The translations under genes were made by a program, and so were the position numbers. DNA of 63,240 bases, the filler included, from Octopus bimaculoides (lineage: Eukaryota): NCBI RefSeq assembly GCF_001194135.2. It is 8 parts of 7 records of this genome, joined end to end, with 100 filler letters (N's around TTAATTAATTAA, not from the genome) between each part and the next. Parts side by side here need not be neighbours in the genome. Positions count along the whole stretch, not along the records: positions 1 to 16,074 come from NC_068996.1; 7 more parts are not named here. One strand, given 5' to 3'. Under the pieces are notes generated by a model, which saw only the letters and a program-made list of their open reading frames with translations, was not told the origin of the DNA and did not search any database. Below, in pieces: positions 1 to 14,071 of this stretch; position 1 is the stretch's first letter, and every line of letters starts with the position of its first letter.

Positions 1-149
1 CATACATATTACTTACATACATGCACATATACATACATACATACATACATATACACACTCGCACATGCATACATACATATACACACTCGCACATGCATAC
101 ATACATATACACACTCGCACATGCATACATACATACATACATACATACA

Positions 150-180
<31 letters not shown>
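1..180. repeat. (TACA)n microsatellite with three embedded 28-bp units
   Basis: TACA array; CATACATACATATACACACTCGCACATG repeated three times with a 28-bp period. Confidence 0.95.
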
Positions 181-418
181 CATGAACTGTTACTTCCTCA
201 GATGCAGGACGGAATTTTGTCAGTGAACAGGTCGCGGTTTCAAAACGACGAAAATATTTTGCCAAATTAAATGTTGAAATGAATTTAACGGTTTTTGTGT
301 TTTCAAATGGCTTATAAACATTCTACGCTGCATATGTTTTTGTCTCAGCACACGATCTCAGACTAGGTCACTTGCTATGCAAGTACATCCCTGTATATAT
401 ATAGACAGATTGAAAATA

Positions 419-421
419 GAT

Positions 422-518
<97 letters not shown>
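419..518. repeat. (GACA)n/(GATA)n compound microsatellite
   Basis: Direct reading; explains the YLSI-repeat ORF 368..553. Confidence 0.95.
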
Positions 519-519
<1 letters not shown>

Positions 520-1399
520 ACGCTAATTTACACATGCACAAAATATCTTGCACGATTTCCTTTACTAAATTTCATTCATAAGGTTTTGAATGAACCTAGA
601 ACATGAAAGAAAACACTTGAAAAATGTGCCGCACAGTTGATTGAACCAGGAACTGTGCAGTTATGAGGATAATTTCTTTGACAAATCGACATCACAGTGA
701 CATACATTAAAATAGGGAAAGATAAGAAACTCCACGATGTGCGTACGATTCTGTGAACAGTCTCTTGTGATGTGTTTCTGACATATTTTCAATCAGACAC
801 CAATGATTAAATTTTGTTTTTAGTATTTTCGCATCTTTTCGTATTTGATATATTTTATAAATTATTTCAATTATAAATGAGTAAAAAAGGTAATTATTAT
901 TTTATCAGTTATATCCATAAAAATGTTTAATATAAATAATATATATGTTTTCTGTAATTATTTTTAGCACTTTGGATTTTATTGTAAAATTCGATATTCA
1001 AACTTTGAAAATAGTTCAATAATATTTCTTTTAAATTCTTAGATATAAATTTCTTTCCTTATCTAACCTAAACTATATGCCAATTTAAAATGAAATTTAT
1101 TATATATACATATTATCTTGTTACACGTTTTTATCACAGTGGTATGTTTTTCAACCTTTCAATAATTACACATGTAAGTTCTTTTCGTACATGTTGCCAA
1201 ATGTTCAAAGGCCTTTGCAATTACTGTTAACATCATTAAAACTATTCTCTTGTAACTATAATTAATGCTCTTTGCTCTTGTTTTCATGAGATGTAAAAGA
1301 GTACTCCGTTACTGTACTCCTGTGTGTCTATTAAGACATGTTCTCGATAATAATCCTGCTGGAAACCACCATCTTCACACTCTCGGTTTCACTAACATC

Positions 1400-2600
1400 C
1401 GATGTCTCTAAAAATCAGCTGTACCGGAAAGCACGCTTTGTTTTACTCGGGCTAACATATCCTCACCAAATTCACCAACATATATATGAATGGCTCTCTC
1501 TCTCTCACTCTTTCCTAGGAATCTGTTCCGACTTTTGGAACACGCCGCAATGTGTTTCATCAAATTTAAAGGATAATTTCACTGACATAGTCAACTACCA
1601 ACCTATTGCTTTAACTTCTAACAATTCAAAGCTGATATAAACACTTGATATAAACATTTTCTTCCTTCCCAGCACTGAATCTTTGGTCTTCTCCGGTGAC
1701 AAAATAAATAGTTTCTATAGAAACAGATCTTTCAGAATTATGCCGTTTATCACATATTACTGGTCTTTGATGCTGAGAGTTTTGGAGAACGTAATCTCAT
1801 TTAACTCGATGTAAGCTTTCGACCTTATCTAGCTTGAGAAATTCCCAGTTAAGTTACACACTTACGGCTTCTTCTATGATTTCTTAATTTTCAAGATTTT
1901 TGTCAGGACGTATCTGTAAAGGGCATACTCATAGAGCTCAGCCTGACCAAGTTATTTTTATGTTTGATGTTGCCTCAACTCTTTGGTGTTTGCCTCAGCT
2001 CTTTCCATCGATGACTTACTTTTTGTCACCATATGCATTCACGTATGATACAGGCGTCATGTATACATACGCGCACACAAACACGCACACGCACACACTA
2101 CCTCTATGTCTGATGGGAATCCTGCATTGTTTCCATTAATTTACCAATGGACACGTAACAACATAGTCTTTTTGCATCACACAAAAGCACGAATCGCAGA
2201 TTTGTACGTGGCCCTCTCAAGTCATAAAAAAAATACTACTTAAACCCTTAAAATCGACGAAAATGCCCTCCTTTTCTTACAATCTCTCATGGAAACCCGA
2301 CAAGTATAGCATTGTTAAAATCACAACAATAAGGTTGAACTCTCAACATAGAATCCTGATCAGTTGTTAACTCCCTAACAAAGATTAAGTAAAGCCTTTG
2401 CTGGAATACCGCTCACAGATTTGAGATAGTAAAATAGCTACATGAAGTGACGTCTTTGACTACACGAATGAACGAAAACGATATTCGTCTGTTTGACAAT
2501 GCTTCATTCATTAATACGATGCAACCACTGGCTCATTTAGGAATTGCTTCGTCTGATTGCTTCTCATCCCTTAAATCCAAGTAATATCAACTATAAATAT
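1400..2600 (+). mobile_element. Degraded CR1/L2/Jockey-like LINE ORF2 (RT and C-terminal region) remnant
   Basis: Collinear degenerate motifs across frames: NYQPIALTSNNSKL (NYRPI-type, ~1590), FGE..AFD..KLHTYGF (~1785-1870), FLSGR (~1900), KPLLEYRSQI*DS (2392-2430), QPLAH (~2525); many stops and frameshifts. Confidence 0.75.
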
Positions 2601-3154
2601 CATTCAACAGAATAAGACCAACAAGGAGATGTGAGCAACGAGACAACTATATCATTCATGAGGATTAAATTCAACTATTCAGTCAAGCAGACTTGCTGTT
2701 GTTGTGCGCATGAACATTAAGGGTTCGAGTTACATAGTGTTTCTTTACTAATTTTCAGATTTGTTTCTTACTTCTTAAATTTGAATTAGGCATATTTTGT
2801 GTCACATCAAAATAACTGCTTCTTAAATGAATTCTGAAATAAGTTAGCAGTTAATCAGAATCTACTTCAAAGAGCTGGCTTATTGTATTAAAAGCAAAAA
2901 CATTTCACTTACTTTACCACTTGTTTAAATTTAAACCGACGTAAGAGTCTCTGTGTAGACACTCAGCATGTTAGCAATATAAAGAGAGAAAATACAGTCC
3001 TTGTTACAGATGTTCTGAAATTAAATATGATATGGTCATTGATAAAAGGCCTTTGATTACAAATTTCTTGCATCAGTGTTCATCTAACCAATACATACAT
3101 ACATGCATACATCAATCAATAAATAAATAAATAAATAAAATAAATAAATAAAAT

Positions 3155-3410
3155 TGACTTTCCCGTCGAAGACGACATATGAGTGTTCAGATTGTTCCCA
3201 AGCGTCCTGCACAAATGATTGGTTTATAGTGATCAAATGTTCGTACCGCACATTAGCTCACTCTGTCCATCAAATCGATGTTGTCTGAGAATCTGAACAG
3301 TGTACCACACATCAGGTGTTGAAGTGATCGCATACCACCGTGGGGTAAAATGTTTTGCTCAAGAACACAACGCACCACCCGGTCTAAGAATTGAAATAAT
3401 CGTGATCTCT
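3155..3410 (-). mobile_element. SINE family B with tail E (tRNA-like head truncated)
   Basis: Aligns by eye with 62890-63187 (GTTTATAGTGATCAAATGTT...TCCATCAAAT...GTGTACCAC.CATCAGGTGT...CACCCGGTCTA.GAATTGAAAT). Confidence 0.8.
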
Positions 3411-3833
3411 AGAGGGGGCGTGTGTCTTTGTGTCCGCTTATATATATGTATGTATGTTTAATGCAATGCACGAACTATTATAGCATTGTATGTTTTAATT
3501 TGTGGAGAACAAGATTGATTTTGCTTTTATATACATCGAGATGATTTAAAAATTAAATTTCTGTTGTTCTTAAAAGATTTAGGAACACTTCGTATCTGTT
3601 GTCCTGACAATGAAAACTTTGGGTGAATTAGCTGGAATGTAGTTTCTAACTTTAAGAGGAAGTATAGCGATGTATGGCTTAACTGCGAATGATTTGGGTT
3701 TATAAAGTGCTCAGTTCATCTGCTGGTAGAAAACGCTATATTACGTGCTGAAGTATATTTAATTAAAAGTAGACTCTAAATTATAGTATAAAGGATTGCA
3801 AAACAGAGAACTGTGTATTATTGATTTCTCACA

Positions 3834-3975
3834 AGGCCACACGTTTTAGGGGAGTGTGATACCCGATCAAATCACCTCAGTGCTTGACTGATATTTTGTT
3901 TTATCTACCCAGAAGAATTAACGATGATTAAATAGTGATCCGAGCGATATATGAACTTAGAACGTAAAGTGCTAT
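3834..3975 (-). mobile_element. Degraded SINE family A
   Basis: Residual family A motifs (TGAACTTAGAACGTAAAG, CAGTGCTTGACTG). Confidence 0.5.
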
Positions 3976-4438
3976 ATTTAGTTACTGTACGACAATCTAA
4001 TAATTCTATCAAATTCACCATCCGACTAAACTGCCTTATCCCCACACCACCCAGCGTCAGGTTGGTTATTCCTTAATTTTTCTTGAGATGCAATAATTAT
4101 ATTCTAGACTAAGGATCATCTGTTTGTGAGATGCATTTGGAAACAGAGGTTACCGCTGAATCTGATTGCGTACAAAATCAAAGTATAAGTAATGAGTTGT
4201 ATATAAAGCAAGATAGGTTAGACACTTAACTCCATCATTAGATTAACAGTTACCGTATGTTGTCCTTGCATTACTTTCATTGCACTTTAAAATCAAATTC
4301 GCTGATATAGCACCATTTCCATAAACGGGAGATTGTACTCTTGGTACTACATATTTACTACTGTTAAGCTGGGTAGTTAAGACTCAATGACACTTGTGAA
4401 AGACTGTTTATGAGATGTGAACCGTCGACTATTTGCCA

Positions 4439-4527
<89 letters not shown>

Positions 4528-4659
4528 AGTATGTATGTATGTATTTATGTCATTATTCGGTTTGTTTCAAGATTTCCTGCCAATAGAGAAAGAACCGGTT
4601 TCTAACCTAGATCCGAAGCTCTTTCATTGGAATTTCAACATCAACAACAGGGTATTTTT

Positions 4660-4708
4660 GTATGTATGTATGCATGTATGTATGTATGTATGTATGTTTG
4701 TATGTATG

Positions 4709-4741
<33 letters not shown>
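4660..4741. repeat. (TATG)n microsatellite at the 3' end of the R4/Dong-like remnant
   Basis: Direct reading. Confidence 0.9.
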
Positions 4742-4794
4742 GGAGATTTGTTTGTTTTAAGTATGTATGCTCCTATATATTTAAATGCTAAACT

Positions 4795-5560
4795 TCTGGA
4801 AAGTTTTACAGATTTTTTACTGTTCCAGTGATGGATTGGATCTGTAGTCTTTGAATTAGCTTTCTCCTTCCTGGTTTTGAGAAGCCTGATTTCTCAAGAT
4901 TGGTATTTAGGCAGTGTGTTACATATCCCAGGGTTCCAATAATTACAGGTATAAACCTGAACTTGTAATCTGCATAGAGTAACTTCAGATTTCTCAATAG
5001 TTCAGCATAGGTGTTCTCTCACTGATCTTCAGCTTTATGTTAACATCTGCTGAGCAGCTAATTTCCACAATTGTACACAGTTTCTCTTCTCTATCCCAAA
5101 TCATTATATCAGGTCTGTTGTGTTTGCATTTTATTGAAGTCTTCACTGGGACATTCCACCAATACTCATTTTTATTATGAGTAGCTATGGCTTCTACCAT
5201 ACTGTGGGTTCTTATTTCTTTATCTTCGGTATTATCCTCCCGGTGGATTTCTCTATAGAGAATCCTAGCTACAACATCATGTCTCATTGGCAGATAATAC
5301 ATTTTTGGACAACTGATTATGATGTGGGTGATATCTTCAGTGTGAACTCCATATTTTGCTGCTTCTCCTGCATCTCTGTCCCTTTTGTGCTTCAGGTACT
5401 TGGTTGATATTTCCTGTTCCCGGATTGCAAACGCATACGCCTCAAAGTGGGAGTAGTAATCCGGTTATTCGACCATGATAAACTGCTTTGATGATCGATG
5501 TTACTATCATCATGGAGCTTTCTACTAACATATACTAACACTACTAGCATAGTGTTCTGC
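4795..5560 (-). mobile_element. R4/Dong-like non-LTR retrotransposon 3' remnant (zinc knuckle and restriction-like endonuclease)
   Basis: Translation HFEAYAFAIREQEISTKYL...EDITHIIISCPKMYYLPMRHDVVARILY...EYWWNVPVKTSIKCKHNRPDIMIWDREEKLCTIVEISCSAD, then FIPVIIGTLG...GTVK. RHD and PD..(D/E) motifs are typical of RLE elements. The first two knuckle Cys are lost and there are frameshifts. A short 3' UTR is followed by (CATA)n. Confidence 0.9.
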
Positions 5561-5599
5561 TCATATAGGCTCATCCTTTCATCTGATGATATGTTGCGA

Positions 5600-5830
5600 C
5601 TGATGAGAAGTCGTCAGATCTTCTTTGGTCATGTAGCCTAGGTTATCAGACAAAGTGTATTGCTCAAGGAGCTGCCTCCCAAGTCTTATGATGTTATCAG
5701 CCTAATGTATGCAAACTTGGTCAATGGATGCACTTCGACGCTTGGTGGTTAAAAGATGTTGCCGAAGGGATATGATGTGACATTCAAAGGCCTTTTGGGA
5801 TCGATGTTAAGCCTCTGTCACCTTGTTTAC
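5600..5830 (+). mobile_element. Possible RTE-like LINE 3' coding remnant
   Basis: MLRLMRSRQIFFGHVA resembles the RRLRWFGHV.RM motif; otherwise heavily degraded. Confidence 0.35.
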
Positions 5831-7352
5831 GATTTAGGCAGAGACGGTCTACGTCACTTTTTATGTGGAAACTATGTGTTCTTGTTAGTATTTTTCGGGT
5901 TTGTATGTATGTATAAGATGCGGTTAGTTCCGACTTTTAGTTTAGTAATTGTAATGACACAAAAAGATGAGAAAAATGTGTTCTGAAGGCGATAAAAATA
6001 TTACAATTACAGAATGGATGTAATGCAGAATAGCTTCTTAGTATATTCCAAATCTAAAGGGCTTAGGGTTTTGTTCGATTCGGTTTTAGTAATTCAGTAT
6101 ATACTAAAGCTGTTTACTTTTGCAATGCACCAAAAAAAAAAAAAAAAATCAACTTAAAATCACATAAGCAATTATCTAATTCCAAACAAAATTCATACAA
6201 TGAGAATGTATAATCATTTGACAGTAACGGTATTAACTGCTGAAATTTATAAACACTTGTAATATGTGCTATTATATTTGCATTTAGACTACCTCTGTGC
6301 CAATTAATTCTCAGACTGCAACTTTCCTGTCAAATCTCATTTATACCAGATGCGAAATGATCCAGCCTACTGCTTTTAAGTTATTTTCCTCAGTTCATTA
6401 GATTAATTTAATTACATATACTATCAGTTTCCCACTGATTTCGGTAACTGTGAATTGGGTGTTAACTTACAACTTACGTTGTTATGAGAGAGAACTGACA
6501 AATGAATATTTTGTGATTTGCATTGCTAGGTTCAAATTCTCGTATGAATACTTTTATAGTATATTCTTCCTGAAAGGCTGCTTTATTTGCAAGATGATAG
6601 GAATCGGTATCAATTAGATGTCATGTAACTTGGTTCACTATGAAATTAGTGCTTGCAACTTAGGTAACGCAACACTATGAAATTTCAACTAAACCGCGTA
6701 CTATCACTCAAGGCATACTGTGAATCGATAGCATTTGAAGTTATTCGCCAGAAGTAGATTAAAAATATTGTCAATCATTGATTATTTTCATAATCGTTAT
6801 CACTATCAACATAAATATGATACTCGTGCTGACAATCTTCTGAAATGGCAACTGATACAGCTGAAGCTTGTCTTCATTAGTGTCTCCGCTGCCAACGCCA
6901 GCATGTTGATTTATTCGTAGTTATGAAAAGCTAAATGAAAATGAATAATTTATTCTATTGACACTATTTTAACTACAATGCATATATATTATATATATAT
7001 ATATATATATTATATACGCATATAAAGTTACACTTGCATACACACTCACATACGTACGTTGGTACATGCATACACACGTACACAAACATGCGCACATACA
7101 AACATATGCACATATATACATGCACTTATAATTAAATGTGTATATCGCGATGATATACATATTTGATGTTTGAATAAAGATATTTAATTCCCATATGATT
7201 TATCTCATTTAGTTTGAGTGAAACAATATCGCATTTCAAGATAATTAATTCTTTTTTTTTTTTTTTTTTTTTTGTAATTTGAGTAAAAACTATTCTCATC
7301 ACTTTACACTAATATCATTCATTTTTAAACCTATTAATGAACTGATTTTAGC

Positions 7353-7402
<50 letters not shown>

Positions 7403-8743
7403 GTATCCTTCAATTATATGTTTGTTTGTTTTTTTAAGAGAAAATACTTTTTGCATTACTTATTTTGCGACGGCTTCCTATATATTTAACGATTTGTCAC
7501 ATTATCGACTTTAGCTTCAAAAGTGACTGTCACTATTGTGATATTACGTTCTGCTTCATGTTTTCCATGTTATTGTCGCCAGCTTTTGATAATTTTAGAA
7601 GTAACGAACCAAAAATCACTGTTGTGTTTCAATAGATTGTTATAGGAGGTAAATTGTCATGTTGAAATTATTCTGGGTACAGAATATTAAGTGGATTTCA
7701 TTCATCAAGGTGCTTTAAAAGAAGTTAGAGGGATTTATGGCTACACCAGTTAACAACAGTTAACATAATTCTATAGATTCATTGGTGACCACAGAATCTG
7801 TATGTGCTATAAATGGCTAAAGTCCACTTTTGGCTTTTGGCAAGAGAAAATCTAATTAAAAATGCAATGTAAGATATGATATAATTACGATATATTATAC
7901 CAGTAATTGAATGGTGACCACTTTCCTTCTTATTTAAATAACATCCGGTAATCAAGTCCTTTGTATAATAGTTTATTAAGATCATTGAATATAAAAGTAA
8001 AGTAAATGAGTATCTAATAAGTCTCCTATTTGTTTATAACAGAAATCAATGTTGGTTGGTAACGGATAACTTTATGACGGTTTTTATTGGGAATTAAGTT
8101 ATAAAAATTTTAGAATATTTCATACTTCTTACACTTCTATTATGCTACTGGAAAACAACTGAATTATAAATCAGCTTGTAACTTTATACAGCGAATTTCT
8201 ATATCAATCGGATCTAGGAGTCAATATAACCGAGGAAGGAAACAGAAACAAAGTAAATACTAATTTATTAGACAATATTGATGCAATCAATAATGGATTC
8301 GGTGCACATATAAACATGTGATAGTATTTGTGTAATAGAGTAGCTGTTAATGAATAGTTTATAAATACTTCTATTTCTTGCTTCGTAACTTCTGGGAGAT
8401 GGAAGATAAATTGATAAAGTGATATGTGAAATAGTTCCAAATTTAGGTTATCAAATACTATTCATTATCGCAAATATATAGGTATAGAATGTTACTAGCA
8501 TGGATTGCGGGACTGATAAGGGGTTGGTCGTATGATTGTATTGATATGATATTGGATACGTGATCGCATTTTATTGATGAAATTTGATGGTGGTTAAGAT
8601 GTGTATTTGCGTCCTGGTATTAGTTTTATTAATTTTTTTCTTTTTTCATTCCTCATGTCACCTTCATAATCCTGTGGAATATTGTAATGAGCCAAACAGG
8701 CATTCACTTGTAGCAGAAAACATGGGCTAGAAGGTTAATAACT

Positions 8744-8777
<34 letters not shown>

Positions 8778-8859
8778 NNNNNNNNNNNNNNNNNNNNNNN
8801 NNNNNNNNNNNNNNNNNNNNNNNNNNNNNNNNNNNNNNNNNNNNNNNNNNNNNNNNNNN

Positions 8860-9570
8860 CGGCTTAAGTCGTTTCGATCTAAGTCGTTCTCGATTATACG
8901 TCGGTTTTCAAAAATAATTTATGGAAAAATAGAAATCAAGTTAAGTTATTTTACTCGACTTTACGTCTATCCACCACAAATATTGGAATTAAAAAAATCA
9001 CTAGAAAACCGTTAAAATCACATAAAATCATGTTACTGTACAATAAATAGGAATAAAAGCATATAAAATCATATTAAAATACATACAGTAAATGTTAAGA
9101 TACACACCATAAAGTAGTGTAGCTTAGTGAACGAAATCATGAAATCAAGAAACCACCAAATTGTATGTACGTATTGGAAAATTTAAAATAATTTAGTTTT
9201 TTTTTTTACTATTACGAAATAATAATGATTATTGAATTTGTTTTTTAAGCTTAAAAAAAGCTTTTATTTTTACCATGTCTTATTGCAAACCGCATTCTTA
9301 AATAAAGCGTCCACGATATAATGCAATCACCGCCAAATTGTATTTGTAAATTTAGATTACTTTTTTTTTTACTCTACTGTATTAGAAAATTAAAATTATT
9401 TGTTTGTAAGCTTAAAATAGGTTTTTATTAACCATGTATTATTGAAAATGCATTCATAAATAATGTACAGAACTGTGAATGGCTACTATCGGTTTAATCG
9501 AGAGACAAGTAAATTCGGCCTACCCTAGCCTAGCCTAGAGACGAGTTAATTCGACTTAAGCCGTGTCTCC
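8860..9570. mobile_element. Unclassified MITE-like non-autonomous DNA element
   Basis: CGGCTTAAGTCG (8860-8871) is the perfect reverse complement of CGACTTAAGCCG (9552-9563); internal ~170-bp tandem duplication; subterminal CCTAG repeats; left terminus lies in an N gap. Confidence 0.7.
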
Positions 9571-9954
9571 TGGAACCAATTAATGACGTAGGGTGAGGTA
9601 TGCCTATGAATGAGAGGTTTAAAAATGCTAGAAACAGATGTTGCATTTTCACTTCTACTCTCTGGTTCGAAATTATTAAGAGAATTTTATGACGGTAAGT
9701 ATAATAACATGGAATAATATTTTGAGAAAAATTTCTGATTGCGATTAGCGATTAAATACTTGCGATTCCATTAGTCGATAGAATTTACGAATGCTCGGAG
9801 TTGTATATATTTCACTGTAATATACTGCGTGCAAAACTGAAAGCCTTTCGAATAATCCCCGCTAAGTATATTAATTCGAATTCTTTGAAAAACCGGTGAA
9901 TTGGGATTGTTTTCTGCTGACTGTAATATCCTATATATACGTGTGTGTAAAAGT

Positions 9955-9973
9955 GAGTGTATATGTGTGCGTG

Positions 9974-10026
<53 letters not shown>

Positions 10027-10050
10027 ATGTGTGTGTGTGCGTGCCTGTGT
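9955..10050. repeat. (TG)n microsatellite
   Basis: Direct reading. Confidence 0.95.
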
Positions 10051-10671
10051 GCATACACACACGCACACGCAGTGCCCTATTTATAACAGCGATATTAAAT
10101 TTACTTAAAATTCAAGAATTTTATACAATTTTTGCATTAGAGACATTCATATATTGCTTCACTTGCGTTCTAAATACAAAAGGAAGCTATTCATCTTGAT
10201 TATTCGATCTTGTAACAGCTTTTTTTTTTTAAACTATTTTTTTCTTAATCTAGATAATATATTTTTCGCAATAATATATTTCTTGATAGTATATTACATT
10301 CCACACTTTTATGCATTTGTACTCATTACACATACTCACTAAAAGCTTACTACTCATCAAAGATTTTTTTTTTCTGGTAATTATATGTAATGCATGTTTG
10401 TATGCGTTTAAAATAACCACCGTCTTCATTCATATTCATATCAATTTTAATATTTATTATTTGTATTTTATAAAATTTGTATTTAGACATTTTTTTCTAA
10501 AAAATTGATTTTAACTATTTTATTTTTAACTATAAACTCTTTTCCAAGAGCTGCTTATCTTATACATAATTTATACGGTTGTATTTAACCGCATTAAAAA
10601 ATAAACCAAATAATACAAACCCTCATGAAGTGTAGGTTAAAAAGTAAGATAATAATATTAATGTTGATGCT

Positions 10672-10672
10672 G

Positions 10673-10744
<72 letters not shown>

Positions 10745-10745
10745 T
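10672..10745. repeat. (CTA)n microsatellite
   Basis: Direct reading. Confidence 0.95.
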
Positions 10746-11214
10746 TGTTATTATTATCATTTTTTATTATTATTATAAAATGTACTTGATTTTCCCATTA
10801 TTATACTGTTTCTCTCCAACCTAAAGCAATAGCAAAAAGATTCAAATGAAAATACATCTGTAATTCCAAAAAAAAAAAGAAGTGCCAAGAAAAATCTTTA
10901 AAACTTGAAGCAAAATCTATAGACAATTCAAATAAACTGGAAATGTAATTAGAAAGACGAAAGAACGAGCAATTAAAAAAAGATTACAATCAACAATATT
11001 GCACAAATGTGAAATTTAAATATGTATCACAAGCGCATGGTGATAATATGTTTATGTGTGTGTATGTATGTGTGTGTACATAGATTATGTATGTATGCAT
11101 GTATAGGTAGATTACGTATGTATGTACTCATCAGCTCAAGCAGACACCAACACAAAAGACAGATGAACATACTCGCACATTTAGAGTACTCTGATTTCAC
11201 AGTTTCTTTTTAGA

Positions 11215-11217
<3 letters not shown>

Positions 11218-11305
<88 letters not shown>

Positions 11306-11340
11306 ACGAGCGTGCAACACACACACACACACACACACAC
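11218..11340. repeat. (CA)n microsatellite
   Basis: Direct reading. Confidence 0.95.
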
Positions 11341-11927
11341 AAACAGGTCAACAGACAAACCGAAAGATAGATAGACATAGACACACACTCGCACATTCAT
11401 ATAGATACACACAAACACACACACGCTCAGACACACACACATACACACAGAAAACGTATTATTTCTCTCTTACACCAAACGTTCGCAAAACTGCAATTGT
11501 ATTTGAGTGTAAACCTATTTCTAAAGGGATTATTTAGCGTTTCCGTCAAAATAAACACAGTATCTTAATCCTATAAAATTTAACTTCTAATTTCTGGAGC
11601 ATTTTTACACTTATTACTAACTATTCACCTGGAATCTTAAGTCCCACAATTCAAATTTTGACATCAATCGGAGACTAATGTTTTGCCAAACTTGATACTC
11701 GTCCCAAACAAGTCGTGTCGACATTGCATTTCTTAATATGCTTAAAAAGTATTCCTCAGTCACCCATTTCAATTATCAATCAAAACTAGAATTAATTTGT
11801 GTGCGTAAGCAATTAGAACTTCCATGTGTTACAAGTTTTTAGTAAATAAACGACTTGAAATTTGTCAGTAAGAGAGATTTCTGTGTCAAAAGGATAGTTT
11901 TCGAAAGCAACATTTCATCAGTTCAAC

Positions 11928-12190
11928 CAGTGGTTCCCCAAAATGTTCAGGTTGCCGCTCCCTTGACACCGAAGCCACCTCCCTAATGCCCCCAACCCAA
12001 GTAACCATCCCAAATGTAGACCTCTTTCAAAGCAACTGTATTTCACAAATAAAACTTAACCTAATGAATCCATTATTTTGTTGTTTGTACATGAGTCACT
12101 ACCGCATTATCGCCCCACTTTTCCTCAACGCCCCCTAGGAATTTTCCACTGCCCCTAAGGGGGCAATACCGTCCACTTTGGGAACCACTG
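11928..12190. mobile_element. hAT (Charlie-like) MITE
   Basis: TIRs CAGTGGTTCCCCAAA / TTTGGGAACCACTG, 263 bp, non-coding; 8-bp flanks (AGTTCAAC vs AACTAGAC) do not form a clean TSD. Confidence 0.8.
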
Positions 12191-12779
12191 AACTAGACGC
12201 TTTTTCTCATACTGTTACCCCGCGCTAGATAACTAATTTCTTTCTACTCAGATGTTTTCAGATTACTTAAGTACATCACATTTCTATTAAAGCAGTTAGT
12301 TTAGGTCATCTATTTGATTTACTTCTAAATATCTCCAACAATTTTTTTTCTTTTCTTATCCTTTGTACTTTTAAAATCTTTCACTGTTTCTCCATCTCCC
12401 ACGGCCAACTGTTAACTTACATTATAAACGCAACGCTTTAACAATAGTTCATCATAACAATTTGATGGTTTGAGGGCTGAAAATATTGTAAATCTAGCGT
12501 TCGTCAGATTCAGTCCGATGAAGACTAGCAAATCGAACATCGAAGTTACAATCACCCAACTTCTTGAGTAGTTCTTCAGTTTAATGCTGAATTTTTTATA
12601 TATTTTAACACAAAAACAACGGCCCACATACACACATACACACATGCACACACACAGACACATGTGCGCATACACACGCACGTGCAAACACACACACACA
12701 CACGTATATATTAACCTAGCTACAACGGAATTAGGTAAAGCCAGTAGGGAAACTTTTTCGGGATATAAATATATATATT

Positions 12780-14035
12780 AGGGGGACTCCAGCATATTGC
12801 TGTGGAATAGTACTTCGTCTGTAATAGCTTGTTTTTGATGTTATTCTCGTGAAAAGTAAGGCCAGGTTTACACAATGTGATATAACTGATTTTCACCCAC
12901 CAATCACGAGACTCTTACTAGATAAAGCTTTAGGTTTTGCCATATCAACGACCAAGACATTGGCATTATTATGCATGCCTGAAAGACCCCGCTTTTTAAT
13001 AATGAGTCTACCTGGGCTGAAAATGTGCGAACTCCTTATATTATACTTTATACACTAGAAAAAATACCCTAACCCTACCATTGGACTCTGCTGCGACGAT
13101 GGTTTAGATATCTTGCATGATTGCCAAGGCCTTTCCATGGATTAGTTTCATAAAAACCTAGTCAAGAACCTTAGCAACATTGGACTAAAAATAACAGTAG
13201 AGCCTAACTCAACTAACGCTAATTTTTTTAGCTGTTAACCTAGATTTAGCCAGAGGTGCTTATAAACTGTACCATAAGCCCATCGAAAAGTTAAGATATA
13301 TTAAGAGAAGACCCTGCCACCCATCCATAGTATTTAAAAACCTAGTTCTCAATATTAGCTGCAGTATCTCTAGCTCATCTTCTAAAGAGGTTTTCGATAA
13401 AGCAGCCCCTTACTATAATAAAACACTTGAAGACAGTGGATGTAAAGATAAAATTAAGTTTATGCCTAGTCCTGAACCCCGAGACAAAAGCAAAGATAGA
13501 GGTAAAAAAATTATCTGGTTCACACCTACTTCTAAACTGTGAAGTCTAACGTCTTTAGAAACTGCTTAAACCTATTACACATTTCCCACTCAACATAAGT
13601 ATAGTAAGGTATTCAGTTGGTATTCAGTGAAGACCAGCTATACCTACGGATGTTCCAAAAGGTTAAAAATCACCCAGAAAGTAGTCATATCCAAAGAAAA
13701 CCCATGATGTTCCTGCAGAATAAATGATAACTGCCAGCTACAACAAGAATGTAATTTGAAGTCTATAGTATATGAAGCTACCATTATGCTAGTTTAAACC
13801 AACCAAACAGACATCGGAGAAGAATATGTATGGTACAAGACCGTTTTGAGCATCGCTACTACTCACATATTTCGTCCTTTAGACATTCAGAAAAGAGGAC
13901 AACAATGGCTTTTGCGAAGCGAGTTTGTAAAGCAACAGAAAAAGGAATACTATAAAGCATCAAGTGGAAAATTCTGGTTAGGTCCATGAAGGGAACAAAG
14001 AGATGTGCTCTTTGCCTAACTGAGAAGTTCCAGTC
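12780..14035 (+). mobile_element. Penelope-like element remnant (RT and GIY-YIG endonuclease)
   Basis: KARFTQCDITDFHPPIT..LLDKALGFA (FDI..FYPSI-type); GLKITVEPNSTNANFLAVNLDL; HPSIV..FDKAAPYYNKTLEDSG; KKIIWFTP; KSIVYEAT; KWKIL; KRCALCLTEK; many disablements. Confidence 0.85.
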
Positions 14036-14071
14036 GGAAGGCCGGATGTCCGTGTGAGCGTGCGCTAAATA

